From: Candidatus Fonsibacter sp.
GTDB taxonomy: Bacteria > Pseudomonadota > Alphaproteobacteria > Pelagibacterales > Pelagibacteraceae
Direction: 5' to 3' (one strand)
DNA length: 64,000 nucleotides
Assembly: GCA_040404065.1 (NCBI GenBank)
Contig: JBBAJM010000001.1
The translations under genes were made by a program, and so were the position numbers. The notes under the pieces were generated by a model that was not told the origin of the DNA, ran no database searches, and was given only the letters and a program-made list of their open reading frames with translations. Below are positions 19,839 through 28,443 of this stretch, piece by piece. Numbering within the stretch: position 1 is the stretch's first letter; the number at the start of each line of letters is the position of its first letter.

Positions 19839-22800
19839 CTATAATTTTGTTGGGATCGGCTTATTGGGATCAATTTTATATTTTTTCATTGCATCAGTGG
19901 CTACTTTTGAGGCAATTTTCTGTTCTTTGGCTAAAGTACTCAAAGTTGAAAATACAATAAATTCTTTATTTACTTCAAAGAATTTTCTTAAATTCTTTCT
20001 AGTGTCGCTTCTTCCAAAACCGTCAGTGCCCAAAGTTACATAAGTTCCTGGCACATAATTTCTAATTCCCTCAGATAAGGTTCTAATATAGTCAGTTGCG
20101 GCTATAAAAGGCCCCGTTCTTTTCTCAAAACATTTTTCTATATAAGTTTTTTCAGGTTTTTTATCTGGATGTAGTAAATTTTTTCTTTCAACTTCTATCG
20201 CATTTCTTCTAAGCTCAGTAAAACTTGTTACGCTCCAAACATCTGAATCAATTCCATAATCAGAACTTAATATTTCGGCCGCTTTAATAACTTCGTTTAA
20301 AATTGCTCCCGATCCTAGTAATTGAACTTTAGTTTTTCCTTTATTGTTTATTTCTTTAAAGAGATACATTCCCTTTAAGATATCTTCTTTTTTAATACTT
20401 TTCGGCATCGCTGGATGTTTATAATTCTCATTTAAAGTTGTTATATAATAATAAATACTTTCTTGTTTCTCATGCATTCTCTTTAATCCATCTTCAAAAA
20501 TTGCAGCTAATTCAAATGCAAATGTTGGATCGTAACTTACACAATTTGGAATCATAGAGGCCATTACTAAACTATGGCCATCTTGATGTTGCAGACCTTC
20601 ACCAGCCAATGTTGTTCTTCCAGATGTTGCTCCAATTAAAAATCCTCTACATCGAGAATCTCCTGCTGCCCAAGCAAAGTCGCCAATTCTTTGAAATCCA
20701 AACATTGAATAAAAAAGATAGATTGGAATCATTTCAATATTATGATTTGAGTAAGCAGTTCCTGCCGCTAACCAAGAAGACACAGCCCCAGCTTCTGTAA
20801 TTCCTTCTTCTAAAACTTGTCCTTTTTTATCTTCGCGGTAAGAACTTAATTGTTCCGAATCTACAGGTTCGTATTTTTGACCTTCGTGAGCATAAATTCC
20901 AATTTTTTGAAAGAAGCCCTCCATTCCGAATGTTCTAGCTTCATCTGGAATAATAGGAACTAATCTTGATGAATATTCTTTGTCTCTTAAAATTTTAGTA
21001 AGCATATTAACAAGAGCCATAGTCGTTGATAGTTCTCTATCTCCTGAATCCACATAAGAGGATTCAAAAATTTCTGGAGCTGGAGCTTTTAAAGCTTTTG
21101 TTTCTGTTCTTCGCGAAGGAATAAAACCACCAAGTTCTCTTCTTTTTTCTTTGAGATATTGAATTTCTTCTGATTTCTCATCAGGTTTATAGAATTCTAA
21201 ATTTTCAACCTGCTTATCTGTAATGGGAATATTAAATCTATCTCTTAAATAATGCATATCATTAACATCTAATTTTTTTTGTTGGTGGGTTGTATTAATG
21301 CTTTCTCCGCTTTTTCCCATTCCATAACCTTTAATAGTTTTTGCTATAATTACTGTAGGAGATCCTTTGTGATTTTGAGCCGCATGATAAGCAGCATAGA
21401 CTTTGTGAGGATCGTGACCGCCTCTATTTAGTTTCCAAATATCATCATCGGTCATATTTGAAACTAACTCTCTTAATTCTGGATACTTTCCAAAGAAATG
21501 ACTTCTAACATAAGCACCGCCTTTTGCTTTAAATGCCTGGTACTCTCCATCAACGCATTCCTCCATCCTTTTCATTAAAAGTCCTGTTTTGTCTTTTTCA
21601 AGAAGTGGATCCCAGTAAGATCCCCAAACAACTTTAATAACGTTCCATCCCGCTCCTCTGAATAATCCTTCCATTTCCTGAATTATTTTTCCATTACCTC
21701 TTACGGGTCCATCTAATCTTTGAAGATTGCAATTGATTACAAATATTAAATTATCTAATTTTTCTCTAGATGCTAATCCAATCGCTCCTGTTGATTCAGG
21801 TTCGTCCATTTCTCCATCGCCTAAAAAAGCCCAAACCTTTCTATTTTGATCTTCTATCAAAGATCTATTTTGTAAATATTTCATAAATCTTGCTTGATAA
21901 ATTGCAGTGATAGGACCAAGACCCATAGAGACAGTTGGAAATTGCCAGTAGTTAGGCATTAACCATGGATGCGGATATGAGGATAATCCTCCACCATCAA
22001 CTTCTTGTCTAAAATTTTCTAATTGTTTTTCTGTTAACCTTCCTTCCAAAAATGATCTAGCATAAATTCCAGGAGACGCATGACCTTGAAAATATATTAA
22101 ATCGCCAAGAAATTTTTCATTTTGAGCTCTCCAAAAATGATTAAAACCAACGTCATATAAAGTTGCGGCAGAAGCAAAAGTTGCTATATGACCTCCAAGC
22201 TCAGGAAGTTTTTTGTTAGCCCGAACAACCATGCAGGCTGCATTCCACCTAATTAAGGATCTGATTTTATTTTCTATTACTTGATCACCCGGAGACTTTC
22301 GTTCCATTTCCCTGGGGATTGTATTGATGTAAGGTGTTTTTTGATTATATGGTAAATTAGAACCAGAAATATACGCTTGATTAATCAATTTACCCAAAAG
22401 ATAATTAGCTCTTTTTGGACCATCTCTTTCAACAATACTGTTTAACGAATCAATCCATTCAGCGGTTTCTTGTGGATCCACATCGCCAACTGAATCTTGA
22501 TCAGAAAAATAATTAGTAAATTTTTTATATTCAACTTTTGTTTCAAAAGATTGTTTATGTTCTTCTTTTTTAACCTCTTCTGTAAAATTTATTTTTTTTA
22601 AAACTTTTTCAGCTTCTTGAATGATTTTTTCTGTTTCAGGTAATATAGATTTATTATCTTTAGCTACAGGTGCACTTTTAATGTCGTCATTAGTTAACGT
22701 GGCTATTAATGATCCTTTTGAGACTTTATCTCCAACTTTAACTTTTAAATTTGAGATCTTTCCATCAAAAGGGGATGGAACTTCTACGCTAGATTTATCG

Positions 22801-22919
22801 CTTTCCAATGTAAGTATGGGATCATTCTTTTTAATTTGATCACCTTCTTTTACTAATACTTCTATGATTTCAACGTTCTTAAAATCCCCTATATCAGGAA
22901 CCTTAATTTCTAAATTCAT
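19839..22919 (-). CDS. aceE: Pyruvate dehydrogenase E1, homodimeric type, with fused N-terminal lipoyl domain
   Basis: Residues ~1-76 are a lipoyl domain (LESDKSSVEVP). After a linker come DVDPQET...W, GGHIATFAS, YFQGHASPG, PTVSMGLGP, the ThDP motif GDGEMDEPES...N, EARTFGME and EGLQHQDG. Confidence 0.96.
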   Translation of the reverse strand: MNLEIKVPDIGDFKNVEIIEVLVKEGDQIKKNDPILTLESDKSSVEVPSPFDGKISNLKVKVGDKVSKGSLIATLTNDDIKSAPVAKDNKSILPETEKIIQEAEKVLKKINFTEEVKKEEHKQSFETKVEYKKFTNYFSDQDSVGDVDPQETAEWIDSLNSIVERDGPKRANYLLGKLINQAYISGSNLPYNQKTPYINTIPREMERKSPGDQVIENKIRSLIRWNAACMVVRANKKLPELGGHIATFASAATLYDVGFNHFWRAQNEKFLGDLIYFQGHASPGIYARSFLEGRLTEKQLENFRQEVDGGGLSSYPHPWLMPNYWQFPTVSMGLGPITAIYQARFMKYLQNRSLIEDQNRKVWAFLGDGEMDEPESTGAIGLASREKLDNLIFVINCNLQRLDGPVRGNGKIIQEMEGLFRGAGWNVIKVVWGSYWDPLLEKDKTGLLMKRMEECVDGEYQAFKAKGGAYVRSHFFGKYPELRELVSNMTDDDIWKLNRGGHDPHKVYAAYHAAQNHKGSPTVIIAKTIKGYGMGKSGESINTTHQQKKLDVNDMHYLRDRFNIPITDKQVENLEFYKPDEKSEEIQYLKEKRRELGGFIPSRRTETKALKAPAPEIFESSYVDSGDRELSTTMALVNMLTKILRDKEYSSRLVPIIPDEARTFGMEGFFQKIGIYAHEGQKYEPVDSEQLSSYREDKKGQVLEEGITEAGAVSSWLAAGTAYSNHNIEMIPIYLFYSMFGFQRIGDFAWAAGDSRCRGFLIGATSGRTTLAGEGLQHQDGHSLVMASMIPNCVSYDPTFAFELAAIFEDGLKRMHEKQESIYYYITTLNENYKHPAMPKSIKKEDILKGMYLFKEINNKGKTKVQLLGSGAILNEVIKAAEILSSDYGIDSDVWSVTSFTELRRNAIEVERKNLLHPDKKPEKTYIEKCFEKRTGPFIAATDYIRTLSEGIRNYVPGTYVTLGTDGFGRSDTRKNLRKFFEVNKEFIVFSTLSTLAKEQKIASKVATDAMKKYKIDPNKPIPTKL

Positions 22920-23008
22920 AGAGTTTATTATATTTAAATGTTTTTTATAAAACTATAAAAAGTTTGGCTTAAATATTGGATTATCAGAGTATTGGGAAGG
23001 TCAAATTT

Positions 23009-23084
23009 TGGTGCCCACAGCCGGAATCGAACTGGCCACCTCTTCCTTACCATGGAAGTGCTCTACCAACTAAGCTATGTGGGC
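23009..23084 (-). tRNA. tRNA-Thr(GGT)
   Basis: Reverse complement reads GCCCACA...CTTCC-AT-GGT-AA-GGAAG...TTCGATT...TGTGGGC-A-CCA, 76 nt. Confidence 0.95.
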
Positions 23085-23203
23085 TTATTTAATTTTTTAA
23101 TTTGTAATTTATAGTTGTTTTTAAGTAAAACTTTTTAGTCTGAATAATTTTTATCAAAATTATCACTAAATCAGCTGAAAACATGCTTTATATCTTCAGA
23201 ATC

Positions 23204-23263
23204 TTGACAACGGGCTATTATACCTATTAAACACGAGTCTCACTTTGAATAATAGTATTCAAA
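23204..23263 (+). promoter_or_regulatory. Putative csp promoter (-35 TTGACA) and 5'-UTR hairpin
   Basis: Perfect TTGACA at 23204-23209; the -10 is ambiguous (TATTAA at 15-nt spacing or TAAACA at 18). Perfect 8-bp hairpin TTTGAATA-ATAG-TATTCAAA at 23244-23263. Confidence 0.45.
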
Positions 23264-23300
23264 TTGAACAACATAATAACGAAAGTAAATATAAAGTAAG

Positions 23301-23510
23301 ATGAGTAGTATAAAAGGTAAAGTAAAGTGGTTTAACGGTAGCAAAGGCTACGGTTTTATAGAGAGAGACGACAAACAAAAAGACGTATTCGTTCATATGT
23401 CAGCTGTTAAAGATGCAGGTATCGATTATTTGGATGAAGGAGATGTTCTTACATTTGATATCGAAGATGGAAAAAAAGGTCCATCAGCTGTAAATTTAAA
23501 AAAAGTTTAA
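23301..23510 (+). CDS. Cold-shock protein (CspA family)
   Basis: KGKVKWFN, RNP1 KGYGFI, RNP2 VFVHMS, GKKGPSAVNL. Confidence 0.97.
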   Translation: MSSIKGKVKWFNGSKGYGFIERDDKQKDVFVHMSAVKDAGIDYLDEGDVLTFDIEDGKKGPSAVNLKKV

Positions 23511-23543
23511 AATCTAGATTTTTTTGATGGAAGAGGCTCACCC

Positions 23544-23738
23544 ATGGGTATTCATTATGATTACAAGTCTAAACGTGGAGAAAGAGCTATGCTTAAAGAA
23601 GCGAAGAGAAAAGAACGTCTTGCTTTAAAAAAAGCTAAAAGAGCCTCAACCATACCTGCAGCAAAAGAACCAGAACAAGAAATGCACGATATTAATAAGC
23701 CTATTACTTTGGATGATTTAACAAATCCAAATAAATAG
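23544..23738 (+). CDS. Small basic hypothetical protein (64 aa)
   Basis: SD GAGG 7 nt before ATG; Lys/Arg-rich helical N-half; fills the gap after csp. Confidence 0.7.
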   Translation: MGIHYDYKSKRGERAMLKEAKRKERLALKKAKRASTIPAAKEPEQEMHDINKPITLDDLTNPNK

Positions 23739-23754
23739 TCCGCGTTTGAACTTG

Positions 23755-23865
23755 ATGCTTAATAATCAAAAAGATTTAAAAAAAGAACGTCTTTCAGAAG
23801 CCCTTAGAGAGAATTTAAAAAAAAGGAAAGAATTTTTAAAAAAAATTAAAGAAAGAAAAGCATGA
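23755..23865 (+). CDS. Small hypothetical protein (36 aa, [36 protein letters not shown]), missed by the ORF track
   Basis: Open frame from ATG 23755 to TGA 23863-23865 with an ATGA overlap onto the dcd start. The RLxxALRxNLKxRK pattern resembles small proteins I recall upstream of murA in alphaproteobacteria (not verified). Confidence 0.7.
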   Translation: MLNNQKDLKKERLSEALRENLKKRKEFLKKIKERKA

Positions 23866-24416
23866 GTGTTTTATCTGATCATTGGATAAAAAAAATGTCC
23901 TTAGAAAAAAAAATGATAAGTCCTTTTGTTCAGAAACAACAAAGGAAAAATAAAATTTCTTACGGACTTTCTTCTTATGGTTATGACGCGAGAGTTTCTA
24001 ATGAGTTTAAGATATTTACAAATATAGATTCAGCATTTGTAGATCCTAAAAAATTTTCAAAAAATAGTTTTGTTACAAGAAAAACTGATGTCTGTATAAT
24101 ACCTCCCAATTCATTTGCTCTAGCTAGAACCGTTGAATATTTTAAAATTCCAAGAGATGTTTTGGTAATTTGTCTTGGAAAAAGCACTTATGCAAGATGC
24201 GGAATTATTGTTAATGTTACCCCCTTAGAACCAGAGTGGGAAGGACATGTAACTCTTGAGTTTTCAAATACAACTACATTGCCTGCAAAAATTTACGCTA
24301 ATGAAGGAGCTTGCCAGTTTGTTTTTTTAAAAGGTGATCAAGAACCAGAAACTTCATATGCTGATAAAAAGGGAAAATATATGAAGCAAAAAGGTGTCAC
24401 TCTTCCGAAAATTTAA
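23862..24416 (+). CDS. dcd: dCTP deaminase
   Basis: [43 protein letters not shown]. Confidence 0.96.
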   Translation: MSVLSDHWIKKMSLEKKMISPFVQKQQRKNKISYGLSSYGYDARVSNEFKIFTNIDSAFVDPKKFSKNSFVTRKTDVCIIPPNSFALARTVEYFKIPRDVLVICLGKSTYARCGIIVNVTPLEPEWEGHVTLEFSNTTTLPAKIYANEGACQFVFLKGDQEPETSYADKKGKYMKQKGVTLPKI

Positions 24417-24418
24417 AT

Positions 24419-25681
24419 ATGCAAAAACTATTAATTAAGGGAGGAAAGAAACTCTCTGGTGAAGTAGTTATTTCAGGTTCTAAAAATGCAAGCCTTCCCA
24501 TCGTTATATCTTCCTTGTTATTTGATGATTCAGTACAGTTTGAAAATGTTCCTAAAGTTAAAGATATCTATACTTTAGTTAATTTAATCAAGGTTTTAGG
24601 AAGAGAAGTCGAATTTGATGAAAATAAAGAAATATTAAAAATATCAAAAAAAAATAAAGATAAATATTTTGCTCCATATTCGATCATGAAAACCATGAGA
24701 GCTGGCGTTTTAGTTTTAGCTCCATTATTAGCAAAATTTGGAAAAGCTAGAGTTTCTTTGCCAGGAGGATGTTCCATAGGAGCAAGACCTGTGAATTTAC
24801 ATTTAGAAGCATTAAAAAAACTTGGTGCAAAAATTAATGTAAAGAACGGCTATATTGATGCGAGCGCACCCAAAGGTTTGTCAGGTGCCAACATTAGATT
24901 TCCTTCAATTTCAGTAGGAGCAACAGAGAGCATTATTATAGCAGCAGTCCTTGCTAAAGGAGTAACAAAAATTAGTAATGCTGCACTTGAGCCAGAAATT
25001 ATAGATTTAATAAAATTTTTAAATAAATGTGGAGCAGAAATACAATATAATTCCAAAAGAAAAATTATTATAAAAGGAGTAAAATTTTTATGTCCAATAA
25101 GACATAAAATTATTCCAGACAGAATAGAAGCTGCAACTTATGCGATTGCGGCCCTTATAACTAATGGAAAGTTATTAATTAAAAATGTTAATAACGAACA
25201 TTTAGAAAATATATTTAGCGTTTTAAGAAAAATAGGGGCCAATATTAAAACTTTTAAAGATTCTTTTATTATTTTTAGAAAGCATCAATTAAAACCATTT
25301 AAAATTATTACAAAACCTTATCCTGGATTTCCAACTGATATGCAGGCACAATTTATGGCTTTGGCTACTCAGATTAAAGGATCGTCAGTAATTAATGAAG
25401 AGATATTTGAAAATAGATTTCTTCACGTTTCAGAATTAATGAGAATGGGCGCTGATATTGAAATAAAAAAACAAAAAGCCATAATAAAAGGAATTAAAAA
25501 TTTAAATGGCGCTGAAGTAATGGCTACAGATCTAAGGGCATCTGTAAGTTTAGTTTTGGCAGCATTATCTGCAAAAGGCACCACAACAATTAATAGGATT
25601 TATCATTTAGATAGAGGCTATAGTAAATTAGAAAAAAAACTTAATTTATGTGGCGCTAATGTTAGAAGAATAAATGATTAA
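24419..25681 (+). CDS. murA: UDP-N-acetylglucosamine 1-carboxyvinyltransferase
   Basis: SGSKNASLP, MRA, LPGGCSIGARP (active-site Cys), SVGATE, PDRIEA, GFPTDMQAQ, DLRAS. Confidence 0.98.
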   Translation: MQKLLIKGGKKLSGEVVISGSKNASLPIVISSLLFDDSVQFENVPKVKDIYTLVNLIKVLGREVEFDENKEILKISKKNKDKYFAPYSIMKTMRAGVLVLAPLLAKFGKARVSLPGGCSIGARPVNLHLEALKKLGAKINVKNGYIDASAPKGLSGANIRFPSISVGATESIIIAAVLAKGVTKISNAALEPEIIDLIKFLNKCGAEIQYNSKRKIIIKGVKFLCPIRHKIIPDRIEAATYAIAALITNGKLLIKNVNNEHLENIFSVLRKIGANIKTFKDSFIIFRKHQLKPFKIITKPYPGFPTDMQAQFMALATQIKGSSVINEEIFENRFLHVSELMRMGADIEIKKQKAIIKGIKNLNGAEVMATDLRASVSLVLAALSAKGTTTINRIYHLDRGYSKLEKKLNLCGANVRRIND

Positions 25682-26120
25682 CGAAAATATTTCTAAGTTA
25701 AAATTATTGGCAGAAGATATTCAGGATTTGCATGTTTTTTCAGCTTATCTGCAAGACTCCGTAATTGTTGCAAACGATATAAAATTTTTACCAAAAACTA
25801 AAAAGCTGATTTGCGTATTTAATCGATTTATGTGGGAAGATGCTGAAAAAGGAATTTTTAGAAAAAATAAAAGGATACGTAGCGCTCTTGTTTTTGATAA
25901 TGTTTTAAAAGTTAAATCAAAAGGAATTAATCCAAGAAAAAAGACTAAGATACTCGAGTTTCTAGCGATCAAAACGGAGATTAAAGATAATTATTTTGAT
26001 ATAAGATTAATTTTTTCTGGAGATAATATTTTATTAGTTAAAGCTGAAGAAATAGATTCGTCTTTAGAAGATTTTGGAAAAACCTGGGAAACCAGTTATA
26101 AACCAAGGCATAAGATTTAG
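25674..26120 (+). CDS. DUF2948-family protein
   Basis: LLAEDIQDL.V.SA.LQD...NRFMWE pattern and the alphaproteobacterial murA-DUF2948-hisD position. Confidence 0.8.
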   Translation: MINENISKLKLLAEDIQDLHVFSAYLQDSVIVANDIKFLPKTKKLICVFNRFMWEDAEKGIFRKNKRIRSALVFDNVLKVKSKGINPRKKTKILEFLAIKTEIKDNYFDIRLIFSGDNILLVKAEEIDSSLEDFGKTWETSYKPRHKI

Positions 26121-26121
26121 T

Positions 26122-27408
26122 ATGAAAGTTATAAAATTTAATAAAAATAGATTTTTAAAAGATTTAGATTTTATTTCTCGAAATAGAAAATCTAATTTTT
26201 CTAACAAAGCTAATATTGTAAAAAAAATTCTTAGTGATGTTAAAACTAAAGGAGACAATGCTGTTGTTTATTATCAAAAGAAATTTGACAGAAGCTCAGT
26301 TTCTAAAAAAAATATTATTTTAACAGATAAAGAAATTAATAAAGTTATAAAAGATTTAGATTCTTCAGTAAAAAGTTCTATCAAACTTGCATTTGAAAGA
26401 GTTAAAGACTTTCATAAAAGACAATCAATCAAGAGTTATAAATATTTTGACAAATATAAAAATGAATTAGCTTATAAAGTTTCTCCATTAAATAGAGTTG
26501 GAATATATATTCCAGGAGGAACGGCTAGTTATCCAAGCTCAGTTATTATGAACGCTGTTCCAGCGATTGTTGCTGGTGTAAAAAACATTACTTTATGTAT
26601 GCCTACACCAAATAATAAAATTAATGCGGGTGTTGTTTATGCAGCTAAAATATGTGGAGTAAAAAAAATTTATAAAATAGGGGGCGCCCAAGCAATAGGA
26701 GCTTTTGCTTATGGAACAAATACCGTTACGAAAGTTGATAAAATTGTAGGACCTGGCAATATTTTTGTAACTACAGCTAAAAAAGAGGTTTTCGGTGAGG
26801 TAGGTATAGATATGGTCGCGGGACCTTCAGAGATTACAGTAGTTGCAAACGAGGATAACGATTCAACATTAACAGCTATAGATTTATTATCACAAGCTGA
26901 ACACGATGAGTTATCCCAGACAATATTAGTAACAACAAATTTAAAATTTGGCCTAGAGGTTAAAAATAAAGTTTACAAATTTTTAGATGTTTTGCCTAGA
27001 AAGCAAATAGCCAAAAAAGCAATTAATGATAATAGCGCGATTATAGTTTGTAAAAACTTTAAAGAAGTTGTTAGCGCTGTAAACGATATAGCACCAGAGC
27101 ACCTTGAGATTAAAACTAAAAATAATTCATTTTTGGCAAAACAAATTAAAAATGCTGGATCAATTTTTTTAGGAGAAAATTCACCAGAAGCCATAGGAGA
27201 TTATTTAGCAGGACCAAATCATGTTTTGCCAACAGCTGGATCAGCAAGATTTGCTTCAGGGTTATCTGTTTATGATTTTTATAAAAAAACATCAGTTATT
27301 AAAATGAGTAAACAAGGTCTTGAAAAGATAGGAAGATCAGCTATACACCTAGCAAATTACGAGGGTTTATTTGCGCACTCTCAATCAATTAGAATTAGGA
27401 TTAGTTAA
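26122..27408 (+). CDS. hisD: Histidinol dehydrogenase
   Basis: [61 protein letters not shown] 26122 is preferred over 26074, which overlaps DUF2948. Confidence 0.96.
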   Translation: MKVIKFNKNRFLKDLDFISRNRKSNFSNKANIVKKILSDVKTKGDNAVVYYQKKFDRSSVSKKNIILTDKEINKVIKDLDSSVKSSIKLAFERVKDFHKRQSIKSYKYFDKYKNELAYKVSPLNRVGIYIPGGTASYPSSVIMNAVPAIVAGVKNITLCMPTPNNKINAGVVYAAKICGVKKIYKIGGAQAIGAFAYGTNTVTKVDKIVGPGNIFVTTAKKEVFGEVGIDMVAGPSEITVVANEDNDSTLTAIDLLSQAEHDELSQTILVTTNLKFGLEVKNKVYKFLDVLPRKQIAKKAINDNSAIIVCKNFKEVVSAVNDIAPEHLEIKTKNNSFLAKQIKNAGSIFLGENSPEAIGDYLAGPNHVLPTAGSARFASGLSVYDFYKKTSVIKMSKQGLEKIGRSAIHLANYEGLFAHSQSIRIRIS

Positions 27409-27410
27409 AT

Positions 27411-27629
27411 ATGGCAAAAGAAGAAATGTTGGAATTCAAGGGATTGGTAACTGAGTTGTTACCCAATGCCATGTTTAGAGTGAAATTAGAAAATAATCAT
27501 GAAGTATTGGCTCATACAGCTGGAAAAATGAGAAAGAACAGAATTAGAGTTTTAGCTGGAGATGAAGTTATGGTTGAAGTTACCCCATATGATTTAACTA
27601 AAGGCAGGATTATTTTTAGATTTAAATAA
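27411..27629 (+). CDS. infA: Translation initiation factor IF-1
   Basis: [25 protein letters not shown]...[14 protein letters not shown]. Confidence 0.98.
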   Translation: MAKEEMLEFKGLVTELLPNAMFRVKLENNHEVLAHTAGKMRKNRIRVLAGDEVMVEVTPYDLTKGRIIFRFK

Positions 27630-28207
27630 TGAATGAAACAAAACATAGTTTTGTTTTAGCCTCTGCATCACCAAGAAGAATAGAGCTTCTTAATAATATA
27701 AAAATCTTTCCAAAAATAATTTATTCTACAGAGATTAATGAAGATATAAATAGTAAAGAAAATCCTAAAAATTATTGTATTAGAGTTGCAAAAAATAAGG
27801 CTCTTAAAGCTTTAGAAAAATATCCAGAAGAATTTGTTTTATCAGCTGACACTATAGTATTTTGTAGTAATAAAATTTTTTTAAAACCAAAAGACAAAGA
27901 AGAAGCTAAAAAATTTTTAACATTCTTTTCAGGACGAAAACACAATGTTTTGACATGTGTATGTTTGGCAAAAAAGAACTTAATTAAAGTTAAAAAGGTT
28001 ACAACAAAAATTACTTTTAAAAGATTAACTAAGCAGGAGATCGAAGAATATTTATTAACAAATGAGTGGAAAGATAAAGCCGGAGCTTATGCCATACAAG
28101 GCTATGCTGAAAAATTTATTAAAAGAATTAATGGTTCGTATTCAAATGTAGTTGGTTTGCCTTTGTTTGAAACTTACAATTTGCTTAATTCACAAGGTTT
28201 AATTTAA
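27629..28207 (+). CDS. maf: Maf/YhdE-family nucleoside triphosphate pyrophosphatase
   Basis: LASASPRR.ELL, SADTIV, DKAGAYAIQG, GSYSNVVGLP. Confidence 0.93.
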   Translation: MNETKHSFVLASASPRRIELLNNIKIFPKIIYSTEINEDINSKENPKNYCIRVAKNKALKALEKYPEEFVLSADTIVFCSNKIFLKPKDKEEAKKFLTFFSGRKHNVLTCVCLAKKNLIKVKKVTTKITFKRLTKQEIEEYLLTNEWKDKAGAYAIQGYAEKFIKRINGSYSNVVGLPLFETYNLLNSQGLI

Positions 28208-28254
28208 TATTTTAATTGATTAATAAATTGTTTTGTGAAAAAAACATGCCCAGT

Positions 28255-28330
28255 GGTCTGGTAGCTCAGTTGGTAGAGCAGAGCCCTGAAAAGGCTTGTG
28301 TCGCTGGTTCAATTCCAGCTCAGACCACCA
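28255..28330 (+). tRNA. tRNA-Phe(GAA)
   Basis: Acceptor GGTCTGG/TCAGACC, A73, CCA; anticodon arm GAGCC-CT-GAA-AA-GGCTT; 76 nt. Confidence 0.96.
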
Positions 28331-28338
28331 TTTTTTAA

Positions 28339-28367
28339 TTGCAATTTCATTCTCAGATTGATAATCA
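28339..28367 (+). promoter_or_regulatory. Putative sigma70 promoter for the His-rich uORF / tRNA-His-hisS-hisZ-hisG unit
   Basis: TTGCAA (28339-28344), 17-nt spacer, TAATCA (28362-28367). An alternative -10 is GATAAT at 28360-28365. Confidence 0.35.
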
Positions 28368-28380
28368 ACCTCTAATTGAA

Positions 28381-28443
28381 ATGATTAAAAAATATATATC
28401 TACTCACAGACACCATCCTCATGCTGAGCATGCGCTTAGCTAA
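28381..28443 (+). CDS. Putative histidine leader peptide (20 aa, MIKKYISTHRHHPHAEHALS), missed by the ORF track
   Basis: ATG 28381 to TAA 28441-28443, with 5 His codons (CAC, CAC, CAT, CAT, CAT) within codons 9-17. It ends 47 nt upstream of tRNA-His-hisS-hisZ-hisG and forms a GC-rich patch in an AT-rich spacer. Confidence 0.7.
   Translation: MIKKYISTHRHHPHAEHALS

Noticed and set aside
16700-23090. Possible integrated element between tRNA-Ser and tRNA-Thr
   Set aside because: No integrase, no duplicated tRNA 3' end (att site) found, and aceEF are core metabolic genes; only single-gene accessory content is supported.
23088-23184. 31-aa minus-strand ORF (MFSADLVIILIKIIQTKKFYLKTTINYKLKN) upstream of tRNA-Thr, considered as a Thr leader by analogy with the His leader
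   Set aside because: Only 3 Thr codons, AT-rich low-complexity sequence, no SD or hairpin, and no thr genes downstream.
28246-28338. 30-codon ORF reading through tRNA-Phe
   Set aside because: A by-product of the GC-rich tRNA sequence lacking stop codons.
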